Assembly: GCA_963796685.1 (NCBI GenBank) | Contig: CAWCMR010000008.1 | Location: forward strand, 128,001-192,000 | DNA: 64,000 nt | Reading direction: 5' to 3' | Source of the DNA: an uncultured delta proteobacterium | Lineage (GTDB): Bacteria; Myxococcota_A; Polyangia; Fen-1088 | In this document: positions 49,850 through 63,444 of the stretch, piece by piece | Layout of the letters: every line of letters begins with the position of its first letter | Numbering within the stretch: position 1 is the first letter of the stretch | Translations under genes and position numbers: made by a program | The notes under the pieces: generated by a model | The model's database searches: none | Told to the model about the DNA's origin: nothing | The model's input: only the letters and a program-made list of their open reading frames with translations

Positions 49850-50086
49850 CTATCTCTCACCGAGGCGCTTGGCGATTTCGGCCTTCACATCGTCCCACTC
49901 GACGACCTCGGCGCGACCTTCGTCGAGCTCCTTCGCTCTGCGGGCCAGCTCGTCATCCCAGGCCTTGTCGATCAACGCTTGGTCGTGACCTTCTTCGAGG
50001 CTGCCCCACAGATCATTGGCGATCTGCTCGCGCTCGTGCGGTTCGAGCTCAAGCGCGGCATCGAGAATTTCTTTCGCGCACAGCAT
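49850..50086 (-). CDS. Addiction module antitoxin (TIGR02574-like)
   Basis: ALELEPHEREQIANDLWGSL, AWDDELARRA, VEWDDVKA; directly upstream of the toxin. Confidence 0.88.
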   Translation of the reverse strand: MLCAKEILDAALELEPHEREQIANDLWGSLEEGHDQALIDKAWDDELARRAKELDEGRAEVVEWDDVKAEIAKRLGER

Positions 50087-50174
50087 GGTCCTAGTTTACC
50101 ACGAGCCATCCACACGAATGAGAGGCAGCGGCGCCCGGCCTGCGCTGCTGTGTGCTTGAACACTCTGCCGCCCG

Positions 50175-52043
50175 TCAGTACGTGAGCCCGAATCCGTAGG
50201 GGAACAGCGGATCGTACTTGGCGTCGCCCTGGTTGATGGGGATCTGGCTCATCGAGCGTGGCCACGTGTGCGGCAGCTTGCCCGTCGGCTTGTAGTCGCC
50301 GAAGAGCACGTCCGACACGCCTTCACCCTCGGTGCCGGGCAACCAAGCCACCACCAAGGCGTCGGTCAGGGGCAGCCAGTCCTCGATGATGAGGGGGCGG
50401 CCGGTCAGAAGAACCGTCACCACCGGTTTGCCCGACTTGCGAGCCTCGGCGATGGCACCGCGGTCGGCGGAAGAGAGGGTCAGATCGTTGCTGTCCCCCG
50501 CCCCTTCGGCGTACGGGGTCTCGCCAACCACGACCAGGACCACATCGGCTTGCCCCGCGCTGGACGCGAGCGTGTGCGAAGCGACCGCTCTTTCGATGGC
50601 GCGCTGGATCGTCGTTCCCGGAGTCACGGGGCCAAGCCGGCCTTGCCAGCCCATGGTCCAACCTCCACATTGGGCGCCCATATCGTTGGCCTTGGACCCG
50701 GCCACCTCCACCTTGGCGTTCTTGCTCAAAGGCAACACCTTCTTGTCGTTCTTGAGCAGCACCACGCTCTGTCGAACCGCATCGCGGGCCACGGCCCGGT
50801 GCTCGGGCGAGCCGATTTGGGACGCGAGCCGCCGGTCCGCCATCGGATGCTCCCACAGCCCCGCCGCAGCCTTCACGCGCAAGATGCGGCGAACGGCATC
50901 GTCGATGCGCGACATGGGGATGCGGCCCGAGCTGACCAGCGACTTCACGGCGCGGGTGAACTTGTTGTATCCGCCCGCGGCCATGGCCATGTCGATGCCC
51001 GCGTTGATGGCGTTCTCCACGTTCTCCTTGTAGCTGGTGCTCATGGTGTCGATGCCTTCCCAGTCGGACACCACGAAGCCCTGGAAGCCCAGCTCGCCCT
51101 TGAGCACATCGGTGATGAGGTACTTCTGCCCGTGCATGCGCTGGCCGTTCCAGCTGCTGAACGAGGCCATCACGCTGCCCACGCCGGCCTTGACCGCCGC
51201 CGCGTAGCCGGGCAAATGGATCGCACGCAGCTCTTGCTCGGAGATCTTCGCATCTCCCTGATCCACACCCTTGCTGGTCCCGCCGTCGGCCACGAAGTGT
51301 TTGGCGCAAGCGATGACCGATTCGAGCCCGCCCAGCTTGTCACCCTGCAGGCCGCGTACGACCGCGGGAGCAAACATGCTCGCCAGCTCCGGGGTCTCGC
51401 CGAAGCCTTCGTAGGTTCGCCCCCAACGCTCGTCACGAGGCACGGCGATGCACGGGGCGAAGGTCCACTTGACGCCGGTGGCCGACACCTCCTCGGCGGT
51501 GACCTTGCCTGCCTTCTCGGCGATTTCCGCGTTGCGGGTGGCGCCGAACCCGATGTTGTGCGGGAAGACCGTGGCGCCTCGCAACTCACCATCGCCGTGC
51601 ACGGCATCGATGCCATACACCAGTGGAATTCCTAGGTGCGTTCCCAGCGCCTGCATCTGCAGACGATCGATGGTGTCGGCCCACGCCTCGGCGGTGTTGG
51701 GCTTCACGAGGTCGTCGGCCCCGTTGAGCACCGAGCCCAAGAAGTACTCGCGTACCTCCGCCCCTTGCAGGGCCGCGCGGGAGGCTTGGGTCATCTGCCC
51801 GACCTTCTCCGCCAGGCTCATTTGGGCCAGCAGAGCTTCGAGGTCGGGCGCGGGAAGGCCCGCCGCGCGGACGTTCGCGGGAACCAGCGGCGCGGTCGAA
51901 ACCGGACCCATGTTCTTCGTGCCCACGCAGCCCACGACGGCACTGATGGCACCGATGGCGCCGATGGCGCCGATGGCCAGAAGGATAGCCGGGGCGAGTC
52001 GGCGGTTCGTGGCTCGGAAGACGGATCGCGATGTGTTTGTCAT
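50175..52043 (-). CDS. GH3 beta-glucosidase (lipoprotein)
   Basis: EKVGQMTQ, GIDAVHG, RWGRTYEG, CAKHF, VVSDW nucleophile, AWLPGTEG, PLFPYGFGL. Confidence 0.95.
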   Translation of the reverse strand: MTNTSRSVFRATNRRLAPAILLAIGAIGAIGAISAVVGCVGTKNMGPVSTAPLVPANVRAAGLPAPDLEALLAQMSLAEKVGQMTQASRAALQGAEVREYFLGSVLNGADDLVKPNTAEAWADTIDRLQMQALGTHLGIPLVYGIDAVHGDGELRGATVFPHNIGFGATRNAEIAEKAGKVTAEEVSATGVKWTFAPCIAVPRDERWGRTYEGFGETPELASMFAPAVVRGLQGDKLGGLESVIACAKHFVADGGTSKGVDQGDAKISEQELRAIHLPGYAAAVKAGVGSVMASFSSWNGQRMHGQKYLITDVLKGELGFQGFVVSDWEGIDTMSTSYKENVENAINAGIDMAMAAGGYNKFTRAVKSLVSSGRIPMSRIDDAVRRILRVKAAAGLWEHPMADRRLASQIGSPEHRAVARDAVRQSVVLLKNDKKVLPLSKNAKVEVAGSKANDMGAQCGGWTMGWQGRLGPVTPGTTIQRAIERAVASHTLASSAGQADVVLVVVGETPYAEGAGDSNDLTLSSADRGAIAEARKSGKPVVTVLLTGRPLIIEDWLPLTDALVVAWLPGTEGEGVSDVLFGDYKPTGKLPHTWPRSMSQIPINQGDAKYDPLFPYGFGLTY

Positions 52044-52166
52044 GTTGTTGCCTGTATCGAGCGCGAGATACTAAGGGAAACAGCCCGCGAGGGGTAGTTG
52101 GGAACGGACAAGGGAGAATTCCAGGAGTTGTCGGCGGGGCCTGCGCGCGCTAGGACTCGTACGCCT

Positions 52167-53048
52167 ATGAAAATCACGAATCTCCTCGCTTCGGGCAAAC
52201 GCCTGTTCTCGTTCGAATTCTTCCCGCCCAAGACCGAGGTCGGGGCTGCCAATCTCGCGCGCACCATCCACGATCTGAAGGACCTGTCCCCGGACTTCGT
52301 GTCCGTCACCTACGGTGCGGGGGGCTCGACACGTGAACGCACCGTCGAGCTGGTCACGCGCATACAGCGCGAAGAGGGCATGCGCGCCATGGCCCACTTG
52401 ACCGCCGTATCGGCGTCGCGCGAGCAGATCGCGCGGATCGTCGATCGTCTGGTCGAAGGCGGCATCGAGAACATGATCCCCCTGCGCGGGGATCCGCCGG
52501 CCGATGCCAAGGACTTCGTTCAGCCCGCGGACGGCTTCCTGCACGCTTCCGACATGGTGGCGTTCATCCGGCAGCGCCACGGAAACCGGCTGTGCCTGGC
52601 CGGGGCGGGCTATCCCGAAGGCCACCCGCAGTGCCGCGACCTCGACCGCGACATGGAGAACCTTCTGACCAAGGTGCGGGCCGGCATCGACTTCATCATC
52701 ACGCAGCTCTTTTTCGACAACCGCTACTATTTCAACTTCGTCGAGCGCGCGCGCAAGGCCGGCATCACCATCCCCATCATCCCCGGCATCATGCCCATCA
52801 CGGATGCCCCCCAAATCGATCGCATCACGCGCATGTGCGGCGCCACCGTGCCCCCGCTGCTGCGTGCCGAGCTGGATCGGCGGCGCGACGACCCGGCGGC
52901 CACCATGCAGCTCGGCCTGGCCCAAGCCACCGCCCAGTGCATCGGCCTGCTCGCCGGTGGCGCGCCCGGAATTCACTTTTACACGCTCAACCAGTCGCCC
53001 GCGACACGCATGGTCCTCACGGCCCTCCGCATCGCGAGCTTCGGGTAG
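52167..53048 (+). CDS. metF: 5,10-methylenetetrahydrofolate reductase
   Basis: FSFEFFPPK, SVTYGAGGSTR, LRGDPP, GYPEGHP, ITQLFFD, GIHFYTLN. Confidence 0.96.
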   Translation: MKITNLLASGKRLFSFEFFPPKTEVGAANLARTIHDLKDLSPDFVSVTYGAGGSTRERTVELVTRIQREEGMRAMAHLTAVSASREQIARIVDRLVEGGIENMIPLRGDPPADAKDFVQPADGFLHASDMVAFIRQRHGNRLCLAGAGYPEGHPQCRDLDRDMENLLTKVRAGIDFIITQLFFDNRYYFNFVERARKAGITIPIIPGIMPITDAPQIDRITRMCGATVPPLLRAELDRRRDDPAATMQLGLAQATAQCIGLLAGGAPGIHFYTLNQSPATRMVLTALRIASFG

Positions 53049-53061
53049 CCGGCTCGACGGC

Positions 53062-53523
53062 CTACTTGGGCGTCAGCTCCTCCTCGACGATACGCTTGAC
53101 CATGGCCGGGTCGAACTTTCCCTTGTGGGCCTTCATGATGTCCCCCATGACCTTGCCGGCCTGCTTGGCATCGGTGACGGCCATGCGAGCAATGGTTTCC
53201 TTGGCCACCGCGCGCACCTCGTCCTCCCCGGCCATCTTGGGCAGAAAACGGCCGCACAGCTCGATCTCGAAATCGAGCTGCGGAAGGTTCTCCGCCCCGC
53301 GCGGCCCGAGCCCCGCATACTCCTCGCGCGCCTTGCGCAGCTGCTTCTGGTAGGCCGTGATCACATCGAGCCAAAGCGCGTCGTCGAGCTCGCCCTTGAA
53401 TCCTGCCGCTGTCCGGCGCTCCATGTGCTTGGTCTTGATCATCCGAACGCAGTCCGCGGTGCGGGCGTCCTTGTTGCGCATGGCCTCCTTGAGCAGTTCC
53501 TGAAGCTGGCTTTCGATCAACAT
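53062..53523 (-). CDS. GatB/YqeY domain protein
   Basis: LKEAMRNKD, FLPKMAGEDEV, GKVMGDIMK...GKFDPAMV. Confidence 0.9.
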   Translation of the reverse strand: MLIESQLQELLKEAMRNKDARTADCVRMIKTKHMERRTAAGFKGELDDALWLDVITAYQKQLRKAREEYAGLGPRGAENLPQLDFEIELCGRFLPKMAGEDEVRAVAKETIARMAVTDAKQAGKVMGDIMKAHKGKFDPAMVKRIVEEELTPK

Positions 53524-53654
53524 GGTCCTAAGCTCGCACAGCGAGGGTGGACCCGTGAAGCATATTCACACCCGGGTCACGTGTTTGCGCCACATCCATC
53601 TCCATGGACCAAGGCAAACACTAGCAAAATCCAAGGGTTGAGCATGTCTGGTGT

Positions 53655-53670
53655 TGGCTCCGGTCTTGCT
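53655..53670 (+). promoter_or_regulatory. Sigma54 -24/-12 promoter
   Basis: TGGCTCcggtcTTGCT (GG-N10-GC), 40 bp upstream of ATG 53710. Confidence 0.6.
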
Positions 53671-53709
53671 TTTGGTCCGATAGAGCACAACCGCCAGCAA
53701 GGCCTCCCA

Positions 53710-54552
53710 ATGTTGCGTACGGCTACATCGATAGCGATCTTGTCCGCCGCCTTCCTGGCGGAGCATGGAGCCCGTGCTCAAGGGGCACCCGCCGAGGAAG
53801 CCATGCCCGCCTATGCGCCGCCGGCCGCCCCGGAGCAGGAGGGCCCGGCACCGCCCATCCCGCCCTTCGCCGACAGCCCGCCGGTTCCAACCTCGGGTGG
53901 CGGCTATTGCTTCGTGGGCCCCCACCCGGTCGACAGCAGGGTCGACCCCGGCGTTACCTGGGACAACACGCAGGGAAGGCACGTGCACGGCTATCCGCCC
54001 TTCGACCTGCGCCTGTTCAACTTCGAGAACGGCTGCTACTACTTCATTGGCGATCCCACCGACTTCGGCTACGTCGGCGACACCTCCAGCTACTATGGCG
54101 CGCACCCCATCCTGGACACTTACGGTGGCGGCTGGTGCTTCATGATCGGCCCGCACCACCACATCTGGCGCCCATGGTCTCCGCTCTTTGTCACCGTCGG
54201 TCCGTGGTTCTACTGGGAAGGCCCCTACGATCCATTCTTTTGGACCTATTGGCCTTTCTATCACTACTACTATCGCACCCATTACTCTCGCTACTACGCG
54301 CACGGAGCCTTCTTCCGCGGGCACACGGTGGCGCCAAGAATCACGTCCGTTCCGCGCCCGCAACGCTATGGAAACGCTTGGCACGGCGCAGGCGGCGCCA
54401 TGCGTGCCCGCCCCACGGGCCCGCACGGGGCGGCGCCCCCGGTCGGCGGCGGCCGGGCGGCACCGGGCGGCGGATTCGCTCCGCGCAATTTCTCCACCCC
54501 GCGCGCCGGCGGCGGCGCGCGCTTCGGGGGCGGCGGGAGGCTCCGGCGGTAG
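53710..54552 (+). CDS. Secreted Tyr/Trp/His-rich hypothetical protein with Gly/Arg-rich tail
   Basis: Signal peptide, Pro-rich linker, duplicated GGYCFVGPHP / GGWCFMIGPHHH motifs. Confidence 0.75.
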   Translation: MLRTATSIAILSAAFLAEHGARAQGAPAEEAMPAYAPPAAPEQEGPAPPIPPFADSPPVPTSGGGYCFVGPHPVDSRVDPGVTWDNTQGRHVHGYPPFDLRLFNFENGCYYFIGDPTDFGYVGDTSSYYGAHPILDTYGGGWCFMIGPHHHIWRPWSPLFVTVGPWFYWEGPYDPFFWTYWPFYHYYYRTHYSRYYAHGAFFRGHTVAPRITSVPRPQRYGNAWHGAGGAMRARPTGPHGAAPPVGGGRAAPGGGFAPRNFSTPRAGGGARFGGGGRLRR

Positions 54553-54554
54553 AG

Positions 54555-56465
<1,911 letters not shown>

Positions 56466-56466
56466 C

Positions 56467-58894
<2,428 letters not shown>

Positions 58895-59036
58895 GATGCT
58901 TGGCAAGGCCTACGCCTGCCCCGCCTCAAGCTACGGGAGGCGAGCGAAGAGATCAAGAAAGGACAGCAGCCGCCGTGAGGCTGCTGGATGCAAGGGTGGG
59001 CCGGAGGTCCCGAGGGCCATCGGGTCCCGACGCGGT

Positions 59037-59786
59037 CTAGCTTTCCGGATTCTTGCGCTTGAATCCGCGAGGGGGCAGCCGGTCGCGGGCGTCCGGGTTC
59101 GATCGCGAGTAGTCGATCCAGCGGTAGCTCGGGGGCTGGCGCACGTCCACGTGGACGAAGCCGACCTTGGGATACCAGCCCACGCCCATGCCACCGGCGT
59201 CGAGACTCTCGACATAGGTTCGGATCTTGCGCGGGTCGATGCCGGGAATGCGGATATCCGCCGCCGTCCCATGGAAATGGTTGCTGGTGGTGCGGCGCTG
59301 GAAACGGTAGCCCGAAAGCAGCTCGATGCGCTTGCCTCCGAAGTGGTCGTAGACGTGCGACAGGATGGTGATGAGGCGGGTGTCGATGTCGTGCTCGAGA
59401 CCGCTGCGCCGGCACTTGAAGATGTGGCTGATCTCGGCCAGCGCCTTCACGCTGAACGAACCGTCTTCGTTGTAGATGTCGACGTCCGCTTCTTCCTTGT
59501 AGTTGACCGAGTAGATGCGCAGGTGGCCCGACGGCGGCGCTGGCTTCTCCGCCAGCAGCTCCTTTTCCGGCACCGGCCAGCCGATCATCTTGCCCGAGCG
59601 CTTGCCCCGATGTTTGGTCGAGCACCTTCGTTTGGCCGAGCACCTTCCCGATCGACTGTGCAAGGATGCGCGCGAGGCGCGCATGATGCAGGTTGCGGAC
59701 GCACCGAATTTCGGGGCGCCTTCGACAGCCCCCGCGGTCTGAGTGCCGGCCGTGACCGCCAGCAGCATCAACGAAAACCGCAGCAT
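59037..59786 (-). CDS. YcbK/DUF882 (peptidase M15-like) protein
   Basis: LLSGYR, SNHFHGTAADI, GVGWYPKVGFVHVDVR zinc ligands. Confidence 0.9.
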   Translation of the reverse strand: MLRFSLMLLAVTAGTQTAGAVEGAPKFGASATCIMRASRASLHSRSGRCSAKRRCSTKHRGKRSGKMIGWPVPEKELLAEKPAPPSGHLRIYSVNYKEEADVDIYNEDGSFSVKALAEISHIFKCRRSGLEHDIDTRLITILSHVYDHFGGKRIELLSGYRFQRRTTSNHFHGTAADIRIPGIDPRKIRTYVESLDAGGMGVGWYPKVGFVHVDVRQPPSYRWIDYSRSNPDARDRLPPRGFKRKNPES

Positions 59787-59819
59787 GTCTTTCTAGAGTT
59801 AGCCGGGAACCGGCATCTG

Positions 59820-60284
59820 TCAACCTTCGATCGAGTTTTTGTTGGGCTGGCTTACAGGTACCAACTGTAGGTGTACCAGCTCGATGCTGAGTGTTTGGGC
59901 TACCTGGAAGATGCGATCATCGCGGTAGAACTCGCCGTAGACGATACGGCGCAAGCCCGAATTGGCGATCTGTTTGAAGCAGCTCCAGCACGGGCTGGCC
60001 GTGACGTACAAGGTGCCGCCGTCGATCATCACGCCGTTCTTGGCCGCCTGAAGGATGGCATTGCTCTCGGCGTGGATGGTGGCCACACAATGATCGTTCT
60101 CCATCATGTGGCCCACCTCGGAACAGTGGGGCATGCCGCGAATCGATCCGTTGTAGCCGGTCGACAAGATGGTCTTCTCGCGCACGATGACCGCACCGAC
60201 GAATTTGCGTGGACACGTCGAGCGCGACGCCACCACGCTGGCGATGTTCATGAAGTACTCGTCCCAGGAAGCTCGCTTGGGCAT
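59820..60284 (-). CDS. dCMP deaminase family protein
   Basis: WDEYFM, RSTC, STGYNG, HAESNAI, PCWSC. Confidence 0.93.
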   Translation of the reverse strand: MPKRASWDEYFMNIASVVASRSTCPRKFVGAVIVREKTILSTGYNGSIRGMPHCSEVGHMMENDHCVATIHAESNAILQAAKNGVMIDGGTLYVTASPCWSCFKQIANSGLRRIVYGEFYRDDRIFQVAQTLSIELVHLQLVPVSQPNKNSIEG

Positions 60285-60371
60285 GGGGATTTCTAGCAAA
60301 AATCCGGTCCAAACGCCCAGCCATCCTACCCATCCATCCTGCCCATCCATCATCCCACGATAGCCGCAGGA

Positions 60372-60443
60372 GGTCGTGGTCGTGGCCGTGGCCGTGGCCG
60401 ACGAAGATCACTCCGGGCCACGGTGACGTCCACGACCACGACC
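60372..60443. repeat. REP-like long inverted repeat built of 6-nt units
   Basis: GGTCGTGGTCGTGGCCGTGGCCGTGGCC pairs with GGCCACGGTGACGTCCACGACCACGACC at 25 of 28 positions; CCATCC-rich tract at 60321-60356. Confidence 0.8.
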
Positions 60444-60534
60444 ACCTTTCGTCGCCCTGCCAGGCGAGAGGCTTAGCCTTGGAATGGGGCCTTTAGCCTG
60501 GCGCCTCGCGACGTCGCTGAGCTTGTCGCGGCCG

Positions 60535-62430
60535 CTATCTCCTGCGCCGCTTGCCGTGCGGGGCAGGCGGCGCTGCCCCGAGAGCGGTGAGGGCGGCGTC
60601 GATATCCTTTCTGACGCAGGCGTTGCCCGAGGCGCCGAGCAGACCACCGAGGAGGCTGCGCCGCTCGGAGCGAGCCCGACTCAGCGGCTCGATGGCGCGC
60701 TTGTCGCCGGTTTCGCCCAGCTTCTGCACGGCCGCGCGCTTTTCCTCGCAGGTCTTGCCTTGGGCCAGATCCAAGGCGTAGCTGTTGACGAGGTTGACCT
60801 TCTTGCCGCAGTCGAGGGTCTCGCACGCCTCGCGCGCGGCCTGGCGGAACTCGGCGCGACGATCGTCCGAGGCAAGGTCTGCCAAAAGGTCGATCGCGGG
60901 TTTCCCGATCTGTTTGGTCAGCATCTCCAGGGCGACGAGCCCGAGCTTGCGGTCGTTGAGCTCGCCGCGCACATTCACCAGCAGGGCCGCGTCGGCGCGC
61001 AGGCCGGGATCCATGCGCAGGGCTTCCTCATAGGCTTGCAGCCCGGCGCTGGGATTCTTGTCGGCGAATTCCAGATTGCCGAGGAGGTAGCGCACGTGTC
61101 CGTCGGTGGGATGGGCCGAGATCTGCTGCATGATGAGCACGCGCGACTCGGTCAGAAGCCCCTTGGCCATGGTCTCTTCGATGTGCTTGATGGGCGACTT
61201 CATTTCGGCGGCGACGGGTTTGGGCTTGGGCGGCTCCAATTTGGGCGAAGCCCCTTTGCGCCCGCCCCCTCCGCGCGCGAAAACCAGCACCAGCAGCAGA
61301 AGCACGAACACGCCCGGCACCGCATAGCGCCGGGGTCTTTCGGGCAAGTGCTTGAGCGCCGGGTGCGCGAGCTCATCGATCTTGCCTTTGACGGCGCACA
61401 CCCGCGCCCACGTCCACCGTGCGGCCGAGATGACCGCCGGGCGTTTGGACCAGATCTTGGCGCCGATGGAGAACCCCATGCGCACCGAGGACGCGGCAAA
61501 GCGCGCGCCGAGCTCCGCGGCGTCGGTGGACGCGTTCTCGATAGCCGTGCGAAATTCGGTCGCGCTCGCGTAGCGCTTGTCGCGCTCCTTTTCCAGCACG
61601 CGCATGACCACGGCTTCGAGGACAGGGGGGATGCGCGCGTCAGGCGCGACCTCGGCGAGGCGGGGCGGTGGCGCGGTGATCTGCATGCCGAGCAGCTTGA
61701 CCAGATCGGGATCCTCGAACGGTTTCCGACCGACGAGCATCTCGTACAGGATGATGCCGCACGAATAGAGATCGGCCCGGCTGTCAGCCTCTTGTCCCGC
61801 GGCTTGTTCGGGTGACATGTAGGCGGGCGTTCCGAAGATCATCATCCCGCGCGTCAGCGGTTCGTCGTTGCCCTGGGCCTGGGTCATCTTGGCGATACCG
61901 AAATCCAGGATCTTCACCGTCTCGGGCTTCTTCGGATCGGGATCCCTGACCAGCATCACATTGGCGGGCTTGAGGTCGCGATGAACGACCCCCTCGGCGT
62001 GCGCGTGTTCGAGCGCACGCAGGATCTGGCCCGCGATATGACAGGCGCGACCGGGCTCGAAGCGTCCCTCGCGCAAGAGCACTTCGGCGAGGGGCTCACC
62101 AGCCACGAATTCCATGACCAGAAACAGCTCGCCATCCGCGCCGTGGCCGAAATCAGTCACCGAAATGATGTTGGGGTGGTTCAGTCGACTGGCCGACTGC
62201 GCCTCGCGTTCGAAGCGCCGCGCGGCGTCCGGCACATTGCTGAACTCGGCGCGCAAGAGCTTGAGCGCCAGCACTTTCTTCATCAAGGTGTGCTCGACGC
62301 GAAAGACCGTCCCCATGCCGCCTTCGCCGATGCGGCCAAGGATGCGATAGCGCTCGCCTATGATGGTGTCGACGAGGGGATCCCTCGCGACGTTCAGCAT
62401 CTGCGTGGGTGCGATCTCCGAATCGGACAT
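60535..62430 (-). CDS. Membrane-anchored Ser/Thr protein kinase with extracytoplasmic TPR/HEAT-like repeats
   Basis: IGEGGMGTV, ALK, VHRDLKPAN, LDFGIAK, GTPAYMSPEQ; TM; TPR and HEAT-like helices. Confidence 0.95.
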   Translation of the reverse strand: MSDSEIAPTQMLNVARDPLVDTIIGERYRILGRIGEGGMGTVFRVEHTLMKKVLALKLLRAEFSNVPDAARRFEREAQSASRLNHPNIISVTDFGHGADGELFLVMEFVAGEPLAEVLLREGRFEPGRACHIAGQILRALEHAHAEGVVHRDLKPANVMLVRDPDPKKPETVKILDFGIAKMTQAQGNDEPLTRGMMIFGTPAYMSPEQAAGQEADSRADLYSCGIILYEMLVGRKPFEDPDLVKLLGMQITAPPPRLAEVAPDARIPPVLEAVVMRVLEKERDKRYASATEFRTAIENASTDAAELGARFAASSVRMGFSIGAKIWSKRPAVISAARWTWARVCAVKGKIDELAHPALKHLPERPRRYAVPGVFVLLLLVLVFARGGGGRKGASPKLEPPKPKPVAAEMKSPIKHIEETMAKGLLTESRVLIMQQISAHPTDGHVRYLLGNLEFADKNPSAGLQAYEEALRMDPGLRADAALLVNVRGELNDRKLGLVALEMLTKQIGKPAIDLLADLASDDRRAEFRQAAREACETLDCGKKVNLVNSYALDLAQGKTCEEKRAAVQKLGETGDKRAIEPLSRARSERRSLLGGLLGASGNACVRKDIDAALTALGAAPPAPHGKRRRR

Positions 62431-62553
62431 ACCTTGGTCGGTCAGACTACCACCGCCAGCGCCGCCTGCGCGAGGTTCGCCGCTGGGAGACGAAGACCCA
62501 AGTGCGACAAGGCTGTCGCGATTTCGCCCGGACGCGCGGAACCTACCAGCCTC

Positions 62554-62736
62554 CTAGGAGAGGCGGCGCGTGACGTCGCGGTCTTCGTTCTCGACTTGCG
62601 CGACCTCCATGTAGCAAATGCGGAAGGTGTCGCCGCCGTAGGTGAGAAGTCCCCAGTCCACGGCGTCTTCAAGCTCGATGAAGATCGCCGATGGAGCACT
62701 CTGTCCGTCTGGAATGATGGCGTAGCCGGAGATCAC
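62554..62736 (-). CDS. Small hypothetical protein (60 aa)
   Basis: GGAGG RBS before GTG; globular-looking sequence, co-oriented with neighbours. Confidence 0.55.
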   Translation of the reverse strand: MISGYAIIPDGQSAPSAIFIELEDAVDWGLLTYGGDTFRICYMEVAQVENEDRDVTRRLS

Positions 62737-62907
62737 GGATGACCTCCTTGTGCACAAGCGCCGTGACCGATTTCGGCTCTACCTGACGAGAATCGGACGG
62801 CGGTGATGAATCGCGGACGAACTTGCACGGCGAATCGCTGCACGGTGGGCTCCTTGACGGCGTATGCGCCAGTCAAAGCAATTCGCGGACCAAAGCCGCT
62901 TCGCGTG

Positions 62908-63444
62908 CTACTTCTTCTTCTCGGGAAGCAGCTTCTCGTCCTGCCGCCGGTAACCGAGGAGACCTGGCGCCTCTTCGACGCGATAGAGACGGACGCTCAC
63001 TTTGTCGTTGCGATCCGCGTAAAGCCGCGTGTGATACGGCATGTAGCCCTCTGCCTTGATGTCCAGATCGATCGGCCCACTGCCACGTGGTCGACTGAGC
63101 TCGGTATCCATGCTGCCAGGTGACAGCCGGGCAATCTGTTTGGCGCCCCACGTGACCAGGGCTTTCACCTGTGGTGTCACGCTGAGCTTGAGCGTCACGG
63201 TTTGGGAGTACGGGTTGGCCTCGCGTTCCTCGGTCCTGAGATCGTCGCCCTCGACCTTGGGCGACTCCGGCCGAGCCTCGGGCATCGCGCGCGCGGCGGA
63301 AGCCGCCAAGGCCTTGGGCTTGGTGACGGCGGCGGAGGGCGTCGGTTCGACGGCGGAGGGAGCTGCCGGCCCGACAGGCCGGGCGGAGCGCGAGCAGGCG
63401 CACGACAAGACCACGGCGGCTGCCCACCCACAACGCGACCTCAC
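62908..63444 (-). CDS. Putative lipoprotein with PEGA-like beta domain
   Basis: Lipobox SCAC; TLKLSVTP...DLDIKAEGYMP; overlaps the upstream stop. Confidence 0.7.
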   Translation of the reverse strand: MRSRCGWAAAVVLSCACSRSARPVGPAAPSAVEPTPSAAVTKPKALAASAARAMPEARPESPKVEGDDLRTEEREANPYSQTVTLKLSVTPQVKALVTWGAKQIARLSPGSMDTELSRPRGSGPIDLDIKAEGYMPYHTRLYADRNDKVSVRLYRVEEAPGLLGYRRQDEKLLPEKKK

